IMG/VR virus record: IMGVR_UViG_3300043777_000365
Location: 1 to 64,000 of that record
Source: a virus
DNA: 64,000 nt
Reading direction: 5' to 3' (one strand)
The notes under the pieces were generated by a model that saw nothing but the letters and a program-made list of their open reading frames with translations, was not told the DNA's origin and did not search any database. Made by a program: the position numbers and the translations under genes. Below are positions 38,419 to 48,637 of the stretch, piece by piece. The stretch's first letter is position 1. Every line of letters begins with the position of its first letter.

Positions 38419-39329
38419 TCACTTCCCGTTCTCGGCCTGGATGATCCTCGACAGCTCCGCGTACGCCTCCAGGAGCTCGACCACCGGCCGGTCGCCCCAG
38501 CTGCCGATGGGCTCGCTCGCGTAGTGCGAGAGGTACACTCGCTGGTGCAGCCGGCGCTCGAGCCTCTCCCCCGGGTCGATGTCGATCCGGGCCTCCCAGC
38601 CGTCCCCGTCGACCTCCTCCGCCCAGCGGCGGAGGCCGCCTACCCCACCGTCCGGTCGTCGAGACAGTTGGCGAAAAAATCCAACCGGTCCTCCTTCGCG
38701 AGCACGTGCGTCTTCACGTACCAGCTCTCGATGAGCCTTCGGTAGGCCGCCCCGATGTCGTTCCAGAACTGGTCCAAGTGCCGCGGCGACTGCTTGTTCA
38801 CCCACTCGGGCCGCTCCCCGTCGATGACCGCGATCTGCCACTTCGCCAGGACCCCGACCACCCCGCTCGAGGGCATCCCCTGCGCCTGCTTGTAGGCAAA
38901 GCCCTCGAGCTTCACCGTCAGCGGCACGAGCAGGCACTGCCGCTCGCCCAGCGCCGGCTTGGCCGTGTGCGCGGCGCGCAGCCGGAGGAACGCCACCCGT
39001 GTGCCGGGCTCGAGCTCCATGCCCTTCGGCATGTGGAACCAGTCCGGGACCCCCACGCGCGGGCCCGGGGACGGCGCCTGCGGGCTCCCGCCCCCGCCGA
39101 GCGCGGCCAGCGCGGCCTCGGCCTCCGGGTCGGTCTCGTCGTCGCCCAGGGCCGCCGCCTCGGGCCCCGGCGGGCCGTCCTCGACTTTCATCCCCGCCCC
39201 GGCGGCCAGGGAGAGGAGCGTGGCGAGGTCCTGCTTCTGCTTCTCGTTCTTCTGCATCAGCCCCGGCTGGGCGGGCGACGGCTCGGTCGCCCCCGCGGCC
39301 GGAGCGGGTCCGGTGGTGGGTTGGTGCAT
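38419..39329 (-). CDS. Tail assembly chaperone (38640-39329) with -1 frameshift extension to 38419
   Basis: Slippery heptamer T TTT TTC at 38679-38673; -1 frame stays open to 38419; lies between tube and tape measure. Confidence 0.75.
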
Positions 39330-39402
39330 CGTGCGTGTCCTCCGGGGACGAGCAGTAGCAGAAGGTCAGAGCTTCCGGCCACGGCGCGGCATGATGAGGA
39401 CC

Positions 39403-39774
39403 ATGAGCATCTCGTTCTACGCGAGGCTGCAAGGTGACGCGTTCTTCTCCTCCGCCGCCGAGGAGCGGGGGCCGCGGTACTTCAACCTCTGCAACGCGAA
39501 CGCGGCGGCGCTCCTCGGCTGGCTGGGCTTCTGCGACGAGAAGGGCGGCGGCCTCTGGGACCACGACCCGGTCCCCATCCCCGACGTCCGCCGGGCCATC
39601 GTGCGGGCCCGCAACACCGACGGGGCGGGGGCGTGGGTCCGCAAGACGGGGTACGCCAAGAACCTCACGGCCTACGGCATCGACGAGGAGAGCCTGCGCG
39701 GCCACCTCGACCGGCTGGAGGCGTTCCTGCTCGAGGCGGAGTCGAAGGGGGCGCGGGAGGTTTACTGGGCCTGA
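39403..39774 (+). CDS. Hypothetical accessory protein
   Basis: Starts 7 nt after CATGAT. Confidence 0.65.
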   Translation: MSISFYARLQGDAFFSSAAEERGPRYFNLCNANAAALLGWLGFCDEKGGGLWDHDPVPIPDVRRAIVRARNTDGAGAWVRKTGYAKNLTAYGIDEESLRGHLDRLEAFLLEAESKGAREVYWA

Positions 39775-39898
39775 AGGAAGGCCGAGTGAGCCCAGGCGAC
39801 CACGGGGTTGGGAGGCACGCCGGCCGCGAGCGGAGCCCTCGGGACCGTGAGCAGTCACCCGCCGCCGCCTGGGCTCGCTCGGCCCCCCTTCCGGGCCG

Positions 39899-40354
39899 CT
39901 ACAGGTTCCCGATCGAGAACTCGCCGCACTGCCAGTCGAGCTCGATGGTGACGTAGTCCTTCGCGCTCCCGATATCGAGCGGGAAGTCGCCGAAGTTCAG
40001 GTCCGGGAAGGTGATGGTCGGGGCCTGCGGCCCGGTCACCCCTCCCGAGTTGGGGAAGTTCAGCGTCGTCACGCACGCGAACGTCACCGTCGGGCTCACC
40101 CGCCGCGCCCGGTTCTCGAGCGCCTGCAGGTACGGGAGGAAGGACTCGGTGAAGACCCTCAGCTTGATCTTGCCCTCGCACCCGCCGAAGATCTCGTCGG
40201 TGCGGATGGTGGTCTCGCCGAGGTTCCTCCGCTGCAGCTTCTCGAACTTGAAGACGGCGTTGAAGGCGTCCACCTCGGTGAGCTGGTCCTCCAGGTTGCC
40301 GGACCGGAGGATGGTGACGACCGTCTCCTGGCCCTTTATTGCTAGCTGGCCCAT
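39899..40354 (-). CDS. Tail tube protein
   Basis: 151 aa, beta-rich, downstream of the sheath. Confidence 0.7.
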   Translation of the reverse strand: MGQLAIKGQETVVTILRSGNLEDQLTEVDAFNAVFKFEKLQRRNLGETTIRTDEIFGGCEGKIKLRVFTESFLPYLQALENRARRVSPTVTFACVTTLNFPNSGGVTGPQAPTITFPDLNFGDFPLDIGSAKDYVTIELDWQCGEFSIGNL

Positions 40355-40434
40355 GGCGACACCCCCATCTCTTGGCCCTTGGCGATAGTCATCTTTCGGC
40401 TCCGGTTCGACGGGTATGCAATATAATGGGGGTT

Positions 40435-41193
40435 ATGAAGAAGCTCGATTTGTCCGGTGAGAAGTTCGGTCAGCTCGTGGTCCTCGGACCCGGTGAGACG
40501 TTGCCCAACGGAAAAACGACCTGGCAATGCGGATGCAAGTGCGGCCACATCCGCGACTTCCGTACGAACGACCTCCGCAGCGGGAAGACCACCTCGTGTG
40601 GGTGCGCGAAGGTGGAGCGGATGAGGTCCGTTGGCCTCTCGCGCAAAGGCAAACCAAGGCACGACATCGCACTCGACCTTGTCGGGAGAACGTTCGGTCG
40701 CCTCGTGGTGCTCGAGCGGGGCCCGAACAACTCGCACAACAAGACGACGTGGATCTGCCGTTGCGTCTGCGGCGCGGAGCGCGCTTTTCTCACTGCCCTC
40801 TTGGTGAGCGGCAAGACGAGCTCGTGTGGATGTCGCCGAACAGACAGCGCCGTGCAAATGGGCACCGCGAACCTCCGACATGGTCACGCCAGACACGAAA
40901 CCATCGTTGTCGACAAACACACTCCCGAGTACGCCGTTTGGAGAGGCATGAAGGCCCGCTGCTACAACCCAAGAACTTGGAACTTCCGCGACTACGGTGG
41001 CCGAGGGATCCGCATCTGCGAGCGGTGGCTGAACTCGTTCGAGAACTTCCTCGCAGACGTTGGGCCCCGTCCCTCGGCAAGCCACACCATCGATCGGTTC
41101 CCCAACAACGATGGGAATTACGAACCGGGGAACGTCCGGTGGGCGACGAAGCGAGAGCAAGCGAACAATAGGCGACATAGAAGCTCCCGTTAG
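40435..41193 (+). CDS. HNH homing endonuclease with duplicated N-terminal CxCxCG domains
   Basis: MKARCYNP..YGGRGI..CERW..FENF..D.GPRP..TIDR..NDGNYEPGNVRWAT; TATAAT 7 nt upstream. Confidence 0.92.
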   Translation: MKKLDLSGEKFGQLVVLGPGETLPNGKTTWQCGCKCGHIRDFRTNDLRSGKTTSCGCAKVERMRSVGLSRKGKPRHDIALDLVGRTFGRLVVLERGPNNSHNKTTWICRCVCGAERAFLTALLVSGKTSSCGCRRTDSAVQMGTANLRHGHARHETIVVDKHTPEYAVWRGMKARCYNPRTWNFRDYGGRGIRICERWLNSFENFLADVGPRPSASHTIDRFPNNDGNYEPGNVRWATKREQANNRRHRSSR

Positions 41194-43478
41194 TTCGCCA
41201 GGTTGACGTTGACGCTGTCCCCGATTGTGGTATCCAAGACTATATCGTCCATCGACGGGATGGTCTGCACGAGGATGGTCGCGCGCCACAAGCCCAGCGT
41301 GGTCGGGGCCACCCCGCCGGGCGGGGCGAGGTTGGGGGTCTTCGTGTCGAGGTAGAAGCCGTTGATGCGCTGGGAGTTGCTGTTCGTCGGCGACAGCAGC
41401 CCGATGAGGAACTGCTGGATGACGAGCGTCGCGGCGGCCTGCCGGTTGATGGTCATCAGCTGCTTGACGAACGGCTGGAGCGCGATGGCGAGCGAGTCCT
41501 GGATGTAGTCCGCCATGCGGCGGCGGTGGATGGGCGCCTGGCTCGGGTAGCTCGCGTAGAGCACCGAGGTCACCCCGCTCTGGAACTGCATCACCCCGTT
41601 GGTGAACGTCGGGGCCGCGATGCCGTTGGCCTTGAAGTTGATGTAGTCCTGCAGCGCGAACGGCACGCCGTTGTTCACGGCGGTGCCGGCGCTCGTCACC
41701 TCGAAGCCGACGGCCCCGGTCGTGTAGCTCGTGAGCTGCCCCGGGTTCTGCTCCGGGTTGAGCTGGCTGAGGATGCTCGCCATGAACCCGTCCGAGCCGA
41801 TGCTCGCCGTGCCGATCGCCTGCCCCGGGATGGAGAAGCCCGTGCCCCCGGCCGACCCCACCGTCTGGATGGCGCTGATGGTCGTCGTGACCCCGGGGTA
41901 GTTGTAGATGATCCGCTCCGTCGTGTACGCGCCGACGCCCGGCTGCAGCGTGGAGCTCTCGGCCTGGGAGGCGAGGGTGCCGATGGGGGGGCGGATGCAC
42001 GCCATGCGGCCCACGACGCCCGCGCCGCCACCGCTGCCGACGGTGTTCACGTTCTGGAGCAGCTGGTTGCGCACGCTGTTCGACTGGCGAGCGCTCCAGA
42101 GGATGTTGATGCCCTGGGCGACCTGGTTGGACGACTGCAGCGTCGCGAGGATGGCCGTCGTGTAGGCGGCGTCGATGGCCGACTCGGAGAGGGCCGCCGT
42201 CGTGGGCAGGAGGTTCGTGCACGCGAAGCTGTCGAGCAGGATCGGGTTCGTGACCTGGGTGATGGTGCCGGCCGTGGCGACGGTGGAGCCGGAGTTGTCG
42301 TCCTGGGCGAAGCGGATGACCACCGGGTAGGGGCCGGCGCCGGACGGGGTCACCCCGGTCTGCGTGGCCGAGGTCACGTTGACGTCCTGCATCGTGACGT
42401 ACACGTTGCCCGACGGCACCTGGACCACCGTGCCCGCGGGGATGGTCCCCGCGTTGCCGACGGCGGCCGCGTCGGTCACCCCGATGGGGAAGCTGAAGCC
42501 GGTGGCCGTGGTCGCCGCGGTGAGCGCGATCGAGTCGGTCGCCGGGGTGGAGCTGGTCCGGTACATGCGGATCTGCCCGGTTGGGAGCAGCTCCACGTTG
42601 GCGGTGGAGACGGCCGCGTGCACGACCGTGTTGAGCTCGGCGGGGGCCACCGCGCTGATGTTCGAGACGTTGCCCGTGCCGTTGGTGGTCGCCGCGGTGA
42701 GCCCGAGGTCGGTCAGGGCGGAGCCGCCCGCGCCGATGATGATCTGGCCGCCGGTGCCGGCCTGGATGCCCGTGAGCTTGAGCTGGCCGGCCGAGTTGGA
42801 CGCGAACGTGAACCCGGCGAACGAGTTGATGCGCGAGATGACGTTTGCGATGGTCGTGTCGCCCGTCTGGAACACGACGGTGAAGGCGACGTTCTGGTCG
42901 ACGGTGAACGTTGCCGACAGCCCGGCCGTGATGCTGCCGAAGGCCGCGCCGGTGCCGGTGACGGTCGCCGCCACCCCGGTGAACGTCGCGTTGACCGCGC
43001 CGCCGCCGTCGATGGAGATGGCGAGCACCTGGCCGGTGAGCAGCGAGTAGCGGAACTGCGAGCCGCCGACGAGGTTCGCCTGCCGGGTGAACTGCACCGT
43101 GCCGACGCTCGTGTTCACGCGGCAGATGCAGAGCTGCGCGAACGCCTTGCCGTTGAGCTGCGCCGCCCCGTTGCCGTTCCAGTACTCGGCGAGCACCGCC
43201 CCGTCCGCGAAGCGCTGGCGCGCGCAGGGGTTGTTGCCGACCGTGTTCCCGTACGTGTAGCCGAACGTGCCGAAGGTGCTCTTCATCTGGGTGAAGGAGG
43301 TCACCTGCGTCACCGTGTTGAACGGCCCGTTCTCGAACTCGCCGACGATGCAGGCGAGCCCCGTGTTGACCCCGATGACCTGCTGCGGGGGCGTGTTGTC
43401 GATGATGTCGACGCCCTCGATCTGGGTGAGAACCGTGTTCCCAGGGTCATAGGTCCAGCGCCTCACAATGTTGGGCAT
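41190..43478 (-). CDS. Tail sheath protein
   Basis: GV.IID..P, IVGEFENGPFN, C-terminal IHRRRMADYI. Confidence 0.88.
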   Translation of the reverse strand: MPNIVRRWTYDPGNTVLTQIEGVDIIDNTPPQQVIGVNTGLACIVGEFENGPFNTVTQVTSFTQMKSTFGTFGYTYGNTVGNNPCARQRFADGAVLAEYWNGNGAAQLNGKAFAQLCICRVNTSVGTVQFTRQANLVGGSQFRYSLLTGQVLAISIDGGGAVNATFTGVAATVTGTGAAFGSITAGLSATFTVDQNVAFTVVFQTGDTTIANVISRINSFAGFTFASNSAGQLKLTGIQAGTGGQIIIGAGGSALTDLGLTAATTNGTGNVSNISAVAPAELNTVVHAAVSTANVELLPTGQIRMYRTSSTPATDSIALTAATTATGFSFPIGVTDAAAVGNAGTIPAGTVVQVPSGNVYVTMQDVNVTSATQTGVTPSGAGPYPVVIRFAQDDNSGSTVATAGTITQVTNPILLDSFACTNLLPTTAALSESAIDAAYTTAILATLQSSNQVAQGINILWSARQSNSVRNQLLQNVNTVGSGGGAGVVGRMACIRPPIGTLASQAESSTLQPGVGAYTTERIIYNYPGVTTTISAIQTVGSAGGTGFSIPGQAIGTASIGSDGFMASILSQLNPEQNPGQLTSYTTGAVGFEVTSAGTAVNNGVPFALQDYINFKANGIAAPTFTNGVMQFQSGVTSVLYASYPSQAPIHRRRMADYIQDSLAIALQPFVKQLMTINRQAAATLVIQQFLIGLLSPTNSNSQRINGFYLDTKTPNLAPPGGVAPTTLGLWRATILVQTIPSMDDIVLDTTIGDSVNVNLAN

Positions 43479-43536
43479 CGCGAAAGACTCCTACGGGGCG
43501 AGTTCGTCCGGGTGGACGGTTCCGCGGCTCCCTGGG

Positions 43537-43587
43537 GTCCACGCTGGTCTCGATCGACCTGTCCGCCGTGGTAGCGGTGTTCGGGGG
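43537..43587 (-). ncRNA. Conserved structured 5' UTR motif, copy 1 (sheath)
   Basis: Near-identical to 55662-55711; two hairpins plus a potential pseudoknot. Confidence 0.65.
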
Positions 43588-43694
43588 CTTGGCTTGGGGG
43601 AGAGAGTCGCGCGCGGAGGCCGGATCCGTCAAGGAGCCCACCTTTGGAAACCCGGGTTTCCAACCCCGCCCCCGAGCGCGGCATGATGCTCCCC

Positions 43695-44159
43695 ATGAGC
43701 ACCAACGGGATCACCACACGGGACAAGAAGATGCCTCTGGAGGCCTACGTCCTCGCGCACGCGTGCGGCCGGCTCGTCGTCGGGGCGGCGTGGCAGGAGG
43801 ATGAATGGCAGCCCATCCCGCCGACCATCGACCTGACCGGGCCGCACCTGCACCGGGCGCCCCTCGTGCTCTTCCCCGCCTACGACCTGCGGGTGGACCT
43901 CGTGCGCAACGGCCCCGGCATCGCCCAGAACTTCCAGGTGCTGCCGCTCTTCAACCTGCTCAACCCGGGGTCGGTCCGGGTCCTCCCCGACGACTGGCGC
44001 ATGTCGATCATGCACTGCACCGGCGAGGAGCGGCGCGTGCTCGCCGCCCAGCTCGAGAACGTGCAGGTCCTCGTCGCCGACATGCGCGCGTCGCACGAGC
44101 GGGCCACCGCCGAAGGCGGCGGCGGCGGGGCCCCCCGCATCATCGTCCCGGGCCGCTAG
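43695..44159 (+). CDS. Hypothetical accessory protein
   Basis: 7 nt after CATGAT, downstream of the palindrome at 43644. Confidence 0.65.
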   Translation: MSTNGITTRDKKMPLEAYVLAHACGRLVVGAAWQEDEWQPIPPTIDLTGPHLHRAPLVLFPAYDLRVDLVRNGPGIAQNFQVLPLFNLLNPGSVRVLPDDWRMSIMHCTGEERRVLAAQLENVQVLVADMRASHERATAEGGGGGAPRIIVPGR

Positions 44160-45034
44160 ACCGCCTCGTCCTCGGCGGTGGAGGCGCTCGCGTAGGCGGG
44201 GGTCTCCACGTCGACGGTGACGTTCGGCGTCATGAGCGCGTACGCGACGAGCCGCACGACGTTGAAGTCGAGGCGGACCTTGTGCACGGCCGAGCGCCGG
44301 TTGCGGATGGCTCCGTCGTCGCGCTCCCACTCCGACCCGGTCAGCGTGAAGCGCGCCGTCTCCCCGTAGTAGTCGGGCATCACCAGGAGGGTGCCGCCGA
44401 CCCCGTCGGCCGGGACGAGCATCTGCTCCACCATGCTCATCAGCCCGCGCAGGAGGCCGAGCTGCGACGCGTAGACGTGGAGGGTGACCTCCTCCGAGTG
44501 CGTCCACATCGGCACGACCACCGTGCCCGCGCCGTACACGTCGACGGTCGTGGCGTCCGGGTTGGGGGTGAAGCCGTGCGGCGTCTTCTCCACCGGCCCA
44601 CCCGCGCACGTGATGGACGGGTAGACCATGTCGGTCTCGGGGTCGGGGTCGTCGACGTAGAAGTTGCCCGGGGGCAGCAGCCCGGAGGCGGCCGGGGGCA
44701 GCCCCGGCTGGGCGGACGGGTCCACCTTGTTGCCCCGCCGCCGGTAGGGGACCTCGGTCAGGTACCGCCCGAGCGCCTGCAGGGCGCACGTGCGCCCGTC
44801 CACCGGGGCGCTGCCGGGGTCGGCGATGAGCGGGAGCACGTTGCCGAGCAGCGTCCCGGAGGAGGTCTGGAACTGGTACTGGGCCCCCTGCGCGAGGATC
44901 TGCGAGTGGCCGGTGGGGACGGTGGCCGGCACGAGCGGCTGCGGGGGCATGCGCGCGGGGGGCCGCGGCGGCTGCGCGGCCGAGTCGTAGGGCCAGCGCG
45001 GGTCGCGCCTCGGCGGGTTGTAGGTCGGGCGCAC
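44156..45034 (-). CDS. Tail terminator/neck protein (putative)
   Basis: YPSIT motif; upstream of the sheath; GTG 7 nt after TAAGCT. Confidence 0.55.
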   Translation of the reverse strand: MRPTYNPPRRDPRWPYDSAAQPPRPPARMPPQPLVPATVPTGHSQILAQGAQYQFQTSSGTLLGNVLPLIADPGSAPVDGRTCALQALGRYLTEVPYRRRGNKVDPSAQPGLPPAASGLLPPGNFYVDDPDPETDMVYPSITCAGGPVEKTPHGFTPNPDATTVDVYGAGTVVVPMWTHSEEVTLHVYASQLGLLRGLMSMVEQMLVPADGVGGTLLVMPDYYGETARFTLTGSEWERDDGAIRNRRSAVHKVRLDFNVVRLVAYALMTPNVTVDVETPAYASASTAEDEAV

Positions 45035-45087
45035 GCAGCAGAGCTTACCTTGGAAACCCGGGTTTCCAAGACGGCATGATGGGACCC

Positions 45088-45468
45088 ATGCCGAAGAACC
45101 CACCGGATGACATCTTGGGCGAGGTGATGTCGGGGGCTTGCCTCGCGACGTACGAAGGGTTCGTCCGGTGGGACGCTGCGCTCGACGACCGGGCCGTCCA
45201 CCACTGCGGCCACTGCATGGGGCACTTCGTGTACGTGCCGAAGGGAGCACCCCGCCGGATGAGCGACGCGTCCAACGTCGAGGGCTTGCGCATCCACGAC
45301 CTCGGCGACGAGTGCTTCGTCGTGACCAGGCGGCACCGGATGGTCCACTTCTCCCTCACCGACGAGCTGCTCGGCCGCAGGTCCCCGGTCTTCGAGGATT
45401 CGGACATCGTCTCCGTGACCACGACGCTGGCTGCGGCCGAGGCCGCGCTCAGGCTCGCGTCCCTCTAG
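45088..45468 (+). CDS. Hypothetical accessory protein
   Basis: 7 nt after CATGAT, next to the palindrome at 45050. Confidence 0.6.
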   Translation: MPKNPPDDILGEVMSGACLATYEGFVRWDAALDDRAVHHCGHCMGHFVYVPKGAPRRMSDASNVEGLRIHDLGDECFVVTRRHRMVHFSLTDELLGRRSPVFEDSDIVSVTTTLAAAEAALRLASL

Positions 45469-45489
45469 CGCACCTTCTTGAGCTCCCGC

Positions 45490-46107
45490 TCAGAGCGAGA
45501 GTCGGAGCTGCGCGTGCCTCTCGATGTACTCGGCGAGGGCCCGAAGCTTGCTCGGGCTGCCTTTCATGTGGCCCTCGGCGAGATTGCAATGCGTGCACAA
45601 GAATCCACGGACCTGCCTGGTTACGTGATCATGGTCGAGGTGAGTACCCCTCCCAGGCTTCAGCTTGTCTCTACAAGCCGCGCATCGTCCCTTCTGTTTT
45701 TCCAAGAGCCTCGCTTGGTCCTCCTTGGATATCCCGTACACGATCTTCCGCTTGGTGGCGGCTTGGCGCTCCGTGTGTCCAGGGCGAGCTCGGTGGGCAG
45801 TCGCTGCACGTTGGGCGCAATCCAAACAGTTGCCCAACCACGTAGTCCCCTTTTTAGGCTGCCCTCTTCGCAGCGATCCGCACTTCGAGCATGACCTGAG
45901 AACACCTGGCGGAGGTCGAGGCTTCATCCCTTTTTCCCTCCGCTCTTGCTCCCGTTCCGCTCGGACCTTCACGGCGTTGGCCGGCACCTTGTACCAAGCT
46001 CGGCTCCAAGCCTTCCGGTACTCGCGGATGCAAGGTGAACAATGTCCTTGCGAGTCGCGCTCACTTCCACCGCACTTGCCGCACGGATGTCGTCTACGAT
46101 CACTCAT
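45490..46107 (-). CDS. Endonuclease VII-like (His-Me finger) endonuclease, probably a free-standing homing endonuclease
   Basis: YGIS..Q.GRCAAC..HLDHDHVT..VRGFLCTHCN..EG; N-terminal Zn fingers; lower GC. Confidence 0.88.
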   Translation of the reverse strand: MSDRRRHPCGKCGGSERDSQGHCSPCIREYRKAWSRAWYKVPANAVKVRAEREQERREKGMKPRPPPGVLRSCSKCGSLRRGQPKKGTTWLGNCLDCAQRAATAHRARPGHTERQAATKRKIVYGISKEDQARLLEKQKGRCAACRDKLKPGRGTHLDHDHVTRQVRGFLCTHCNLAEGHMKGSPSKLRALAEYIERHAQLRLSL

Positions 46108-46173
46108 CGTCGCCTCTCATCCAGGTGATGGTCGGGCCCGGAGCGTTAGTAGCGCTGCCGGGCTCACTTCATT

Positions 46174-46725
46174 TTACTTCACCTTCGCCAACTCCCGCTC
46201 TACTTCCTCTTTGATGAACGTGGGCACCCTCTTTTCCGCCTTCTCCAAAATGCGAAGACCGGTACCTCCGAAGATGCCCTTGGCCTGCATGCTCTTGGCG
46301 ATAGCCCAGGCTATGGACGTTGCCTCGGCCTTGCTGGCCTTCACTTGTCGAACTCTCCCACTCGCGCTGGTAACGGTTCTCCCGCCCAAGCCTTTCCGTT
46401 GGACCCACTCTGTGAGCGCAGCGATGAGCTTACGACCGATCTTCACATGACCAGGCCGGACTCCTAAATCCACAAACGGTGCGTGCGGCGACGAGTTTTG
46501 GACGATGACCTCACCCTCGCTCTTCACCGGCTGCACGCGCCAGCCAGCTCGGTAGGCCCCCTTGTCGACGGGCATCCGCGAGCCGAAGGACGGGATGACG
46601 TCGGCGACGATGTGCTCGACGGTCTTGTGGCCGGCCGCGACGAGGCCCCGGAACGCCGCCTCGCGGAGCCCGCCCTTGATGTCCTCGAGCATCACCCCGG
46701 CGTCCTTGAGCGAGTAACTCTTCAC
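46174..46725 (-). CDS. HK97 gp10-like neck/tail completion protein
   Basis: PVDKGAYRAGW..N.SPHAPFVDLGVRPG. Confidence 0.7.
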   Translation of the reverse strand: MKSYSLKDAGVMLEDIKGGLREAAFRGLVAAGHKTVEHIVADVIPSFGSRMPVDKGAYRAGWRVQPVKSEGEVIVQNSSPHAPFVDLGVRPGHVKIGRKLIAALTEWVQRKGLGGRTVTSASGRVRQVKASKAEATSIAWAIAKSMQAKGIFGGTGLRILEKAEKRVPTFIKEEVERELAKVK

Positions 46726-46742
46726 CGAGGCATCATAAGGGC

Positions 46743-47261
46743 ATGCCCAACAACGTCGAGCACCCGTACCGACCCGAGCCCGTCGTCCAGCTCAGCTATC
46801 CCGGCCGAGCCCAGCTCGGGCTCATGGCCGCGGCGATCCTCGTGCTCGTCGGTTGGTGCGCGCTCGAGATGAACAAGGTCGGGCGACTCGAGCACCGGCT
46901 GGACGAGATGGCCGCGGCGCAAGCGGCGTGGCTGGCCAACTTCCCGCCGACGTCGTCCCACCCCTTGGCGATGACCGACGGCCTGGGGGTCCTGCACCTC
47001 GAAGAGGCCGCGGCGTTCAACAAGGAGGCCCACCCGACGAGCGGGGTCATCCTCTGGGTCACCGACGACGGAGACTACGAGACGCTGCACCTCCGGGGCC
47101 CGGGCAACGGCGGCGACATCTTGTTCACGCTCGCCAAGGGTGGGGTGCGGTCGGCTTCGCCGACCGACCTCGTCATGGGACCACCGTTCATCCCGGGGCA
47201 GGCCCTCAACCTTTCCTTCCAAACTCAGGGTGGGGCTCAGCCCTCGTCGCCCAGCCCGTAG
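46743..47261 (+). CDS. Hypothetical membrane protein
   Basis: One hydrophobic helix; divergent from the neck gene. Confidence 0.55.
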   Translation: MPNNVEHPYRPEPVVQLSYPGRAQLGLMAAAILVLVGWCALEMNKVGRLEHRLDEMAAAQAAWLANFPPTSSHPLAMTDGLGVLHLEEAAAFNKEAHPTSGVILWVTDDGDYETLHLRGPGNGGDILFTLAKGGVRSASPTDLVMGPPFIPGQALNLSFQTQGGAQPSSPSP

Positions 47262-47857
47262 GCGCTCGACCCGTCGCGCGCGGGGTCCTCCGAGATCCTC
47301 TCGAGCACCAGCCTCCACTGCACGCTGGTCTCGTCGAGCGCGGGCTGGGCCGCGAGCCGGTACTTCTGCCGCAGCGGCAGCCCCTCGTGGCGGCCGTCCT
47401 CGACGATCTCGTAGAAGAAGCTCACCGGCTGCGGGACGCGGTCGGCCGGGTGCGGCCCGCACGGGAGCAGCTGGACCGTCGGGCTCGACGCGTTCACCTC
47501 CTCGAACACCCCGGCCTTGACGCTGTAGAGCCCCGTGAGCTGGCTCTCGGTGAGGGTGGCGCTCACCTCCTCGAGCCTCACCGACCCCGTCGCCAGGTAG
47601 CCGGCCCCTCCCGCCTGGAACCCGACGGAGTCGAGCCCGACGACCTTGGGCGTGGGCAGGAGCTCGAACCGGTCCACCTCGTACGGGGTCCCGTCCCCGC
47701 GCTCGTTGCCGCCCCACCGCACCCACACGAGGAACACCCGGCGCGAGCGGGCCCCGAGCCGCACGGCCATCTGGCGGATGCGGTCGACGGGGCGGGCGAG
47801 CCGGTTGGCCAGGCTCCGGGTCGCCGCGCGCGGGGTGAGCGGCTTGGGCTCGGACAT
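47237..47857 (-). CDS. Head closure/head-tail joining protein (putative)
   Basis: Position in the neck module; ATG 6 nt after TACGT-like TACGCT hexamer. Confidence 0.5.
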   Translation of the reverse strand: MSEPKPLTPRAATRSLANRLARPVDRIRQMAVRLGARSRRVFLVWVRWGGNERGDGTPYEVDRFELLPTPKVVGLDSVGFQAGGAGYLATGSVRLEEVSATLTESQLTGLYSVKAGVFEEVNASSPTVQLLPCGPHPADRVPQPVSFFYEIVEDGRHEGLPLRQKYRLAAQPALDETSVQWRLVLERISEDPARDGSSAYGLGDEG

Positions 47858-48228
47858 CTCAGAAGCGTACTGCGTCGTCGGACAGCTTGCTCCTCAACGT
47901 CGCCCGGAGGCATGCCCAGCAGCCAGCGACCCACCCGACGAACGTCGCCGAGTAGTACTCGCGGAAGGGGACCTTCCAGCCGAGCGAGGTCTTCACGCCG
48001 GCTCCAGGTCGACCGGCTCGTCCGCCGGCGGCTCGTGGGCCGCCTGGGGCTCCTCGAGCTTCTCGAGCGGGACGGGCTTGGGCTTCTGCCGGCCTTGGAC
48101 CATGTCGCCGAGCTCGGAGCAGAGCCGGACCATCGCGGCGGTCACGTCGTGCCCGACCCCGACCGCGTCGACGCCCTCGACGCGGGCCTCGTGCTGCCCG
48201 TGCTCGTTCTTGGTGAAGACGACCTCGC

Positions 48229-48597
48229 TCACTTGGGGCTCGCTTTCTTGGCGGCCTTCTTGGCCTGGACGAACGGCGCCGGCTGGTACGCGGCCCCGGC
48301 CGGCGGGACGGTGCCTGCGTCGGCCTGGGAGGCCTCGAAGGACGCGACCACCTTCTCGAGGTCGGGGACGAGCGCCTCGACGAGGCCGCAGCCGACCTGG
48401 ACGTCGGCCGCGACGATGCCCACCGGGGTCCCGGCCGGGATGACGCTGCCGGCGAGGGCGGCCGAGATGCAGGCCGTGTCCGCGTCGTTGAAGATCGCGT
48501 CCGCCTCCGCGACCTCCTTCGCCGTGCAGCCCATCCACGCCCCCCAAGCGACCACCAAGAGCACGCACGCCGCCATGAAGCTCACCACGGTTTTCAT
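48229..48597 (-). CDS. Putative lipoprotein
   Basis: Signal peptide MKTVVSFMAACVLLVVAWGAWMGC. Confidence 0.55.
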   Translation of the reverse strand: MKTVVSFMAACVLLVVAWGAWMGCTAKEVAEADAIFNDADTACISAALAGSVIPAGTPVGIVAADVQVGCGLVEALVPDLEKVVASFEASQADAGTVPPAGAAYQPAPFVQAKKAAKKASPK

Positions 48598-48637
48598 CTG
48601 GACCTCTTTCCTGAAGGTCGGGGTATAACAGCCCCGT

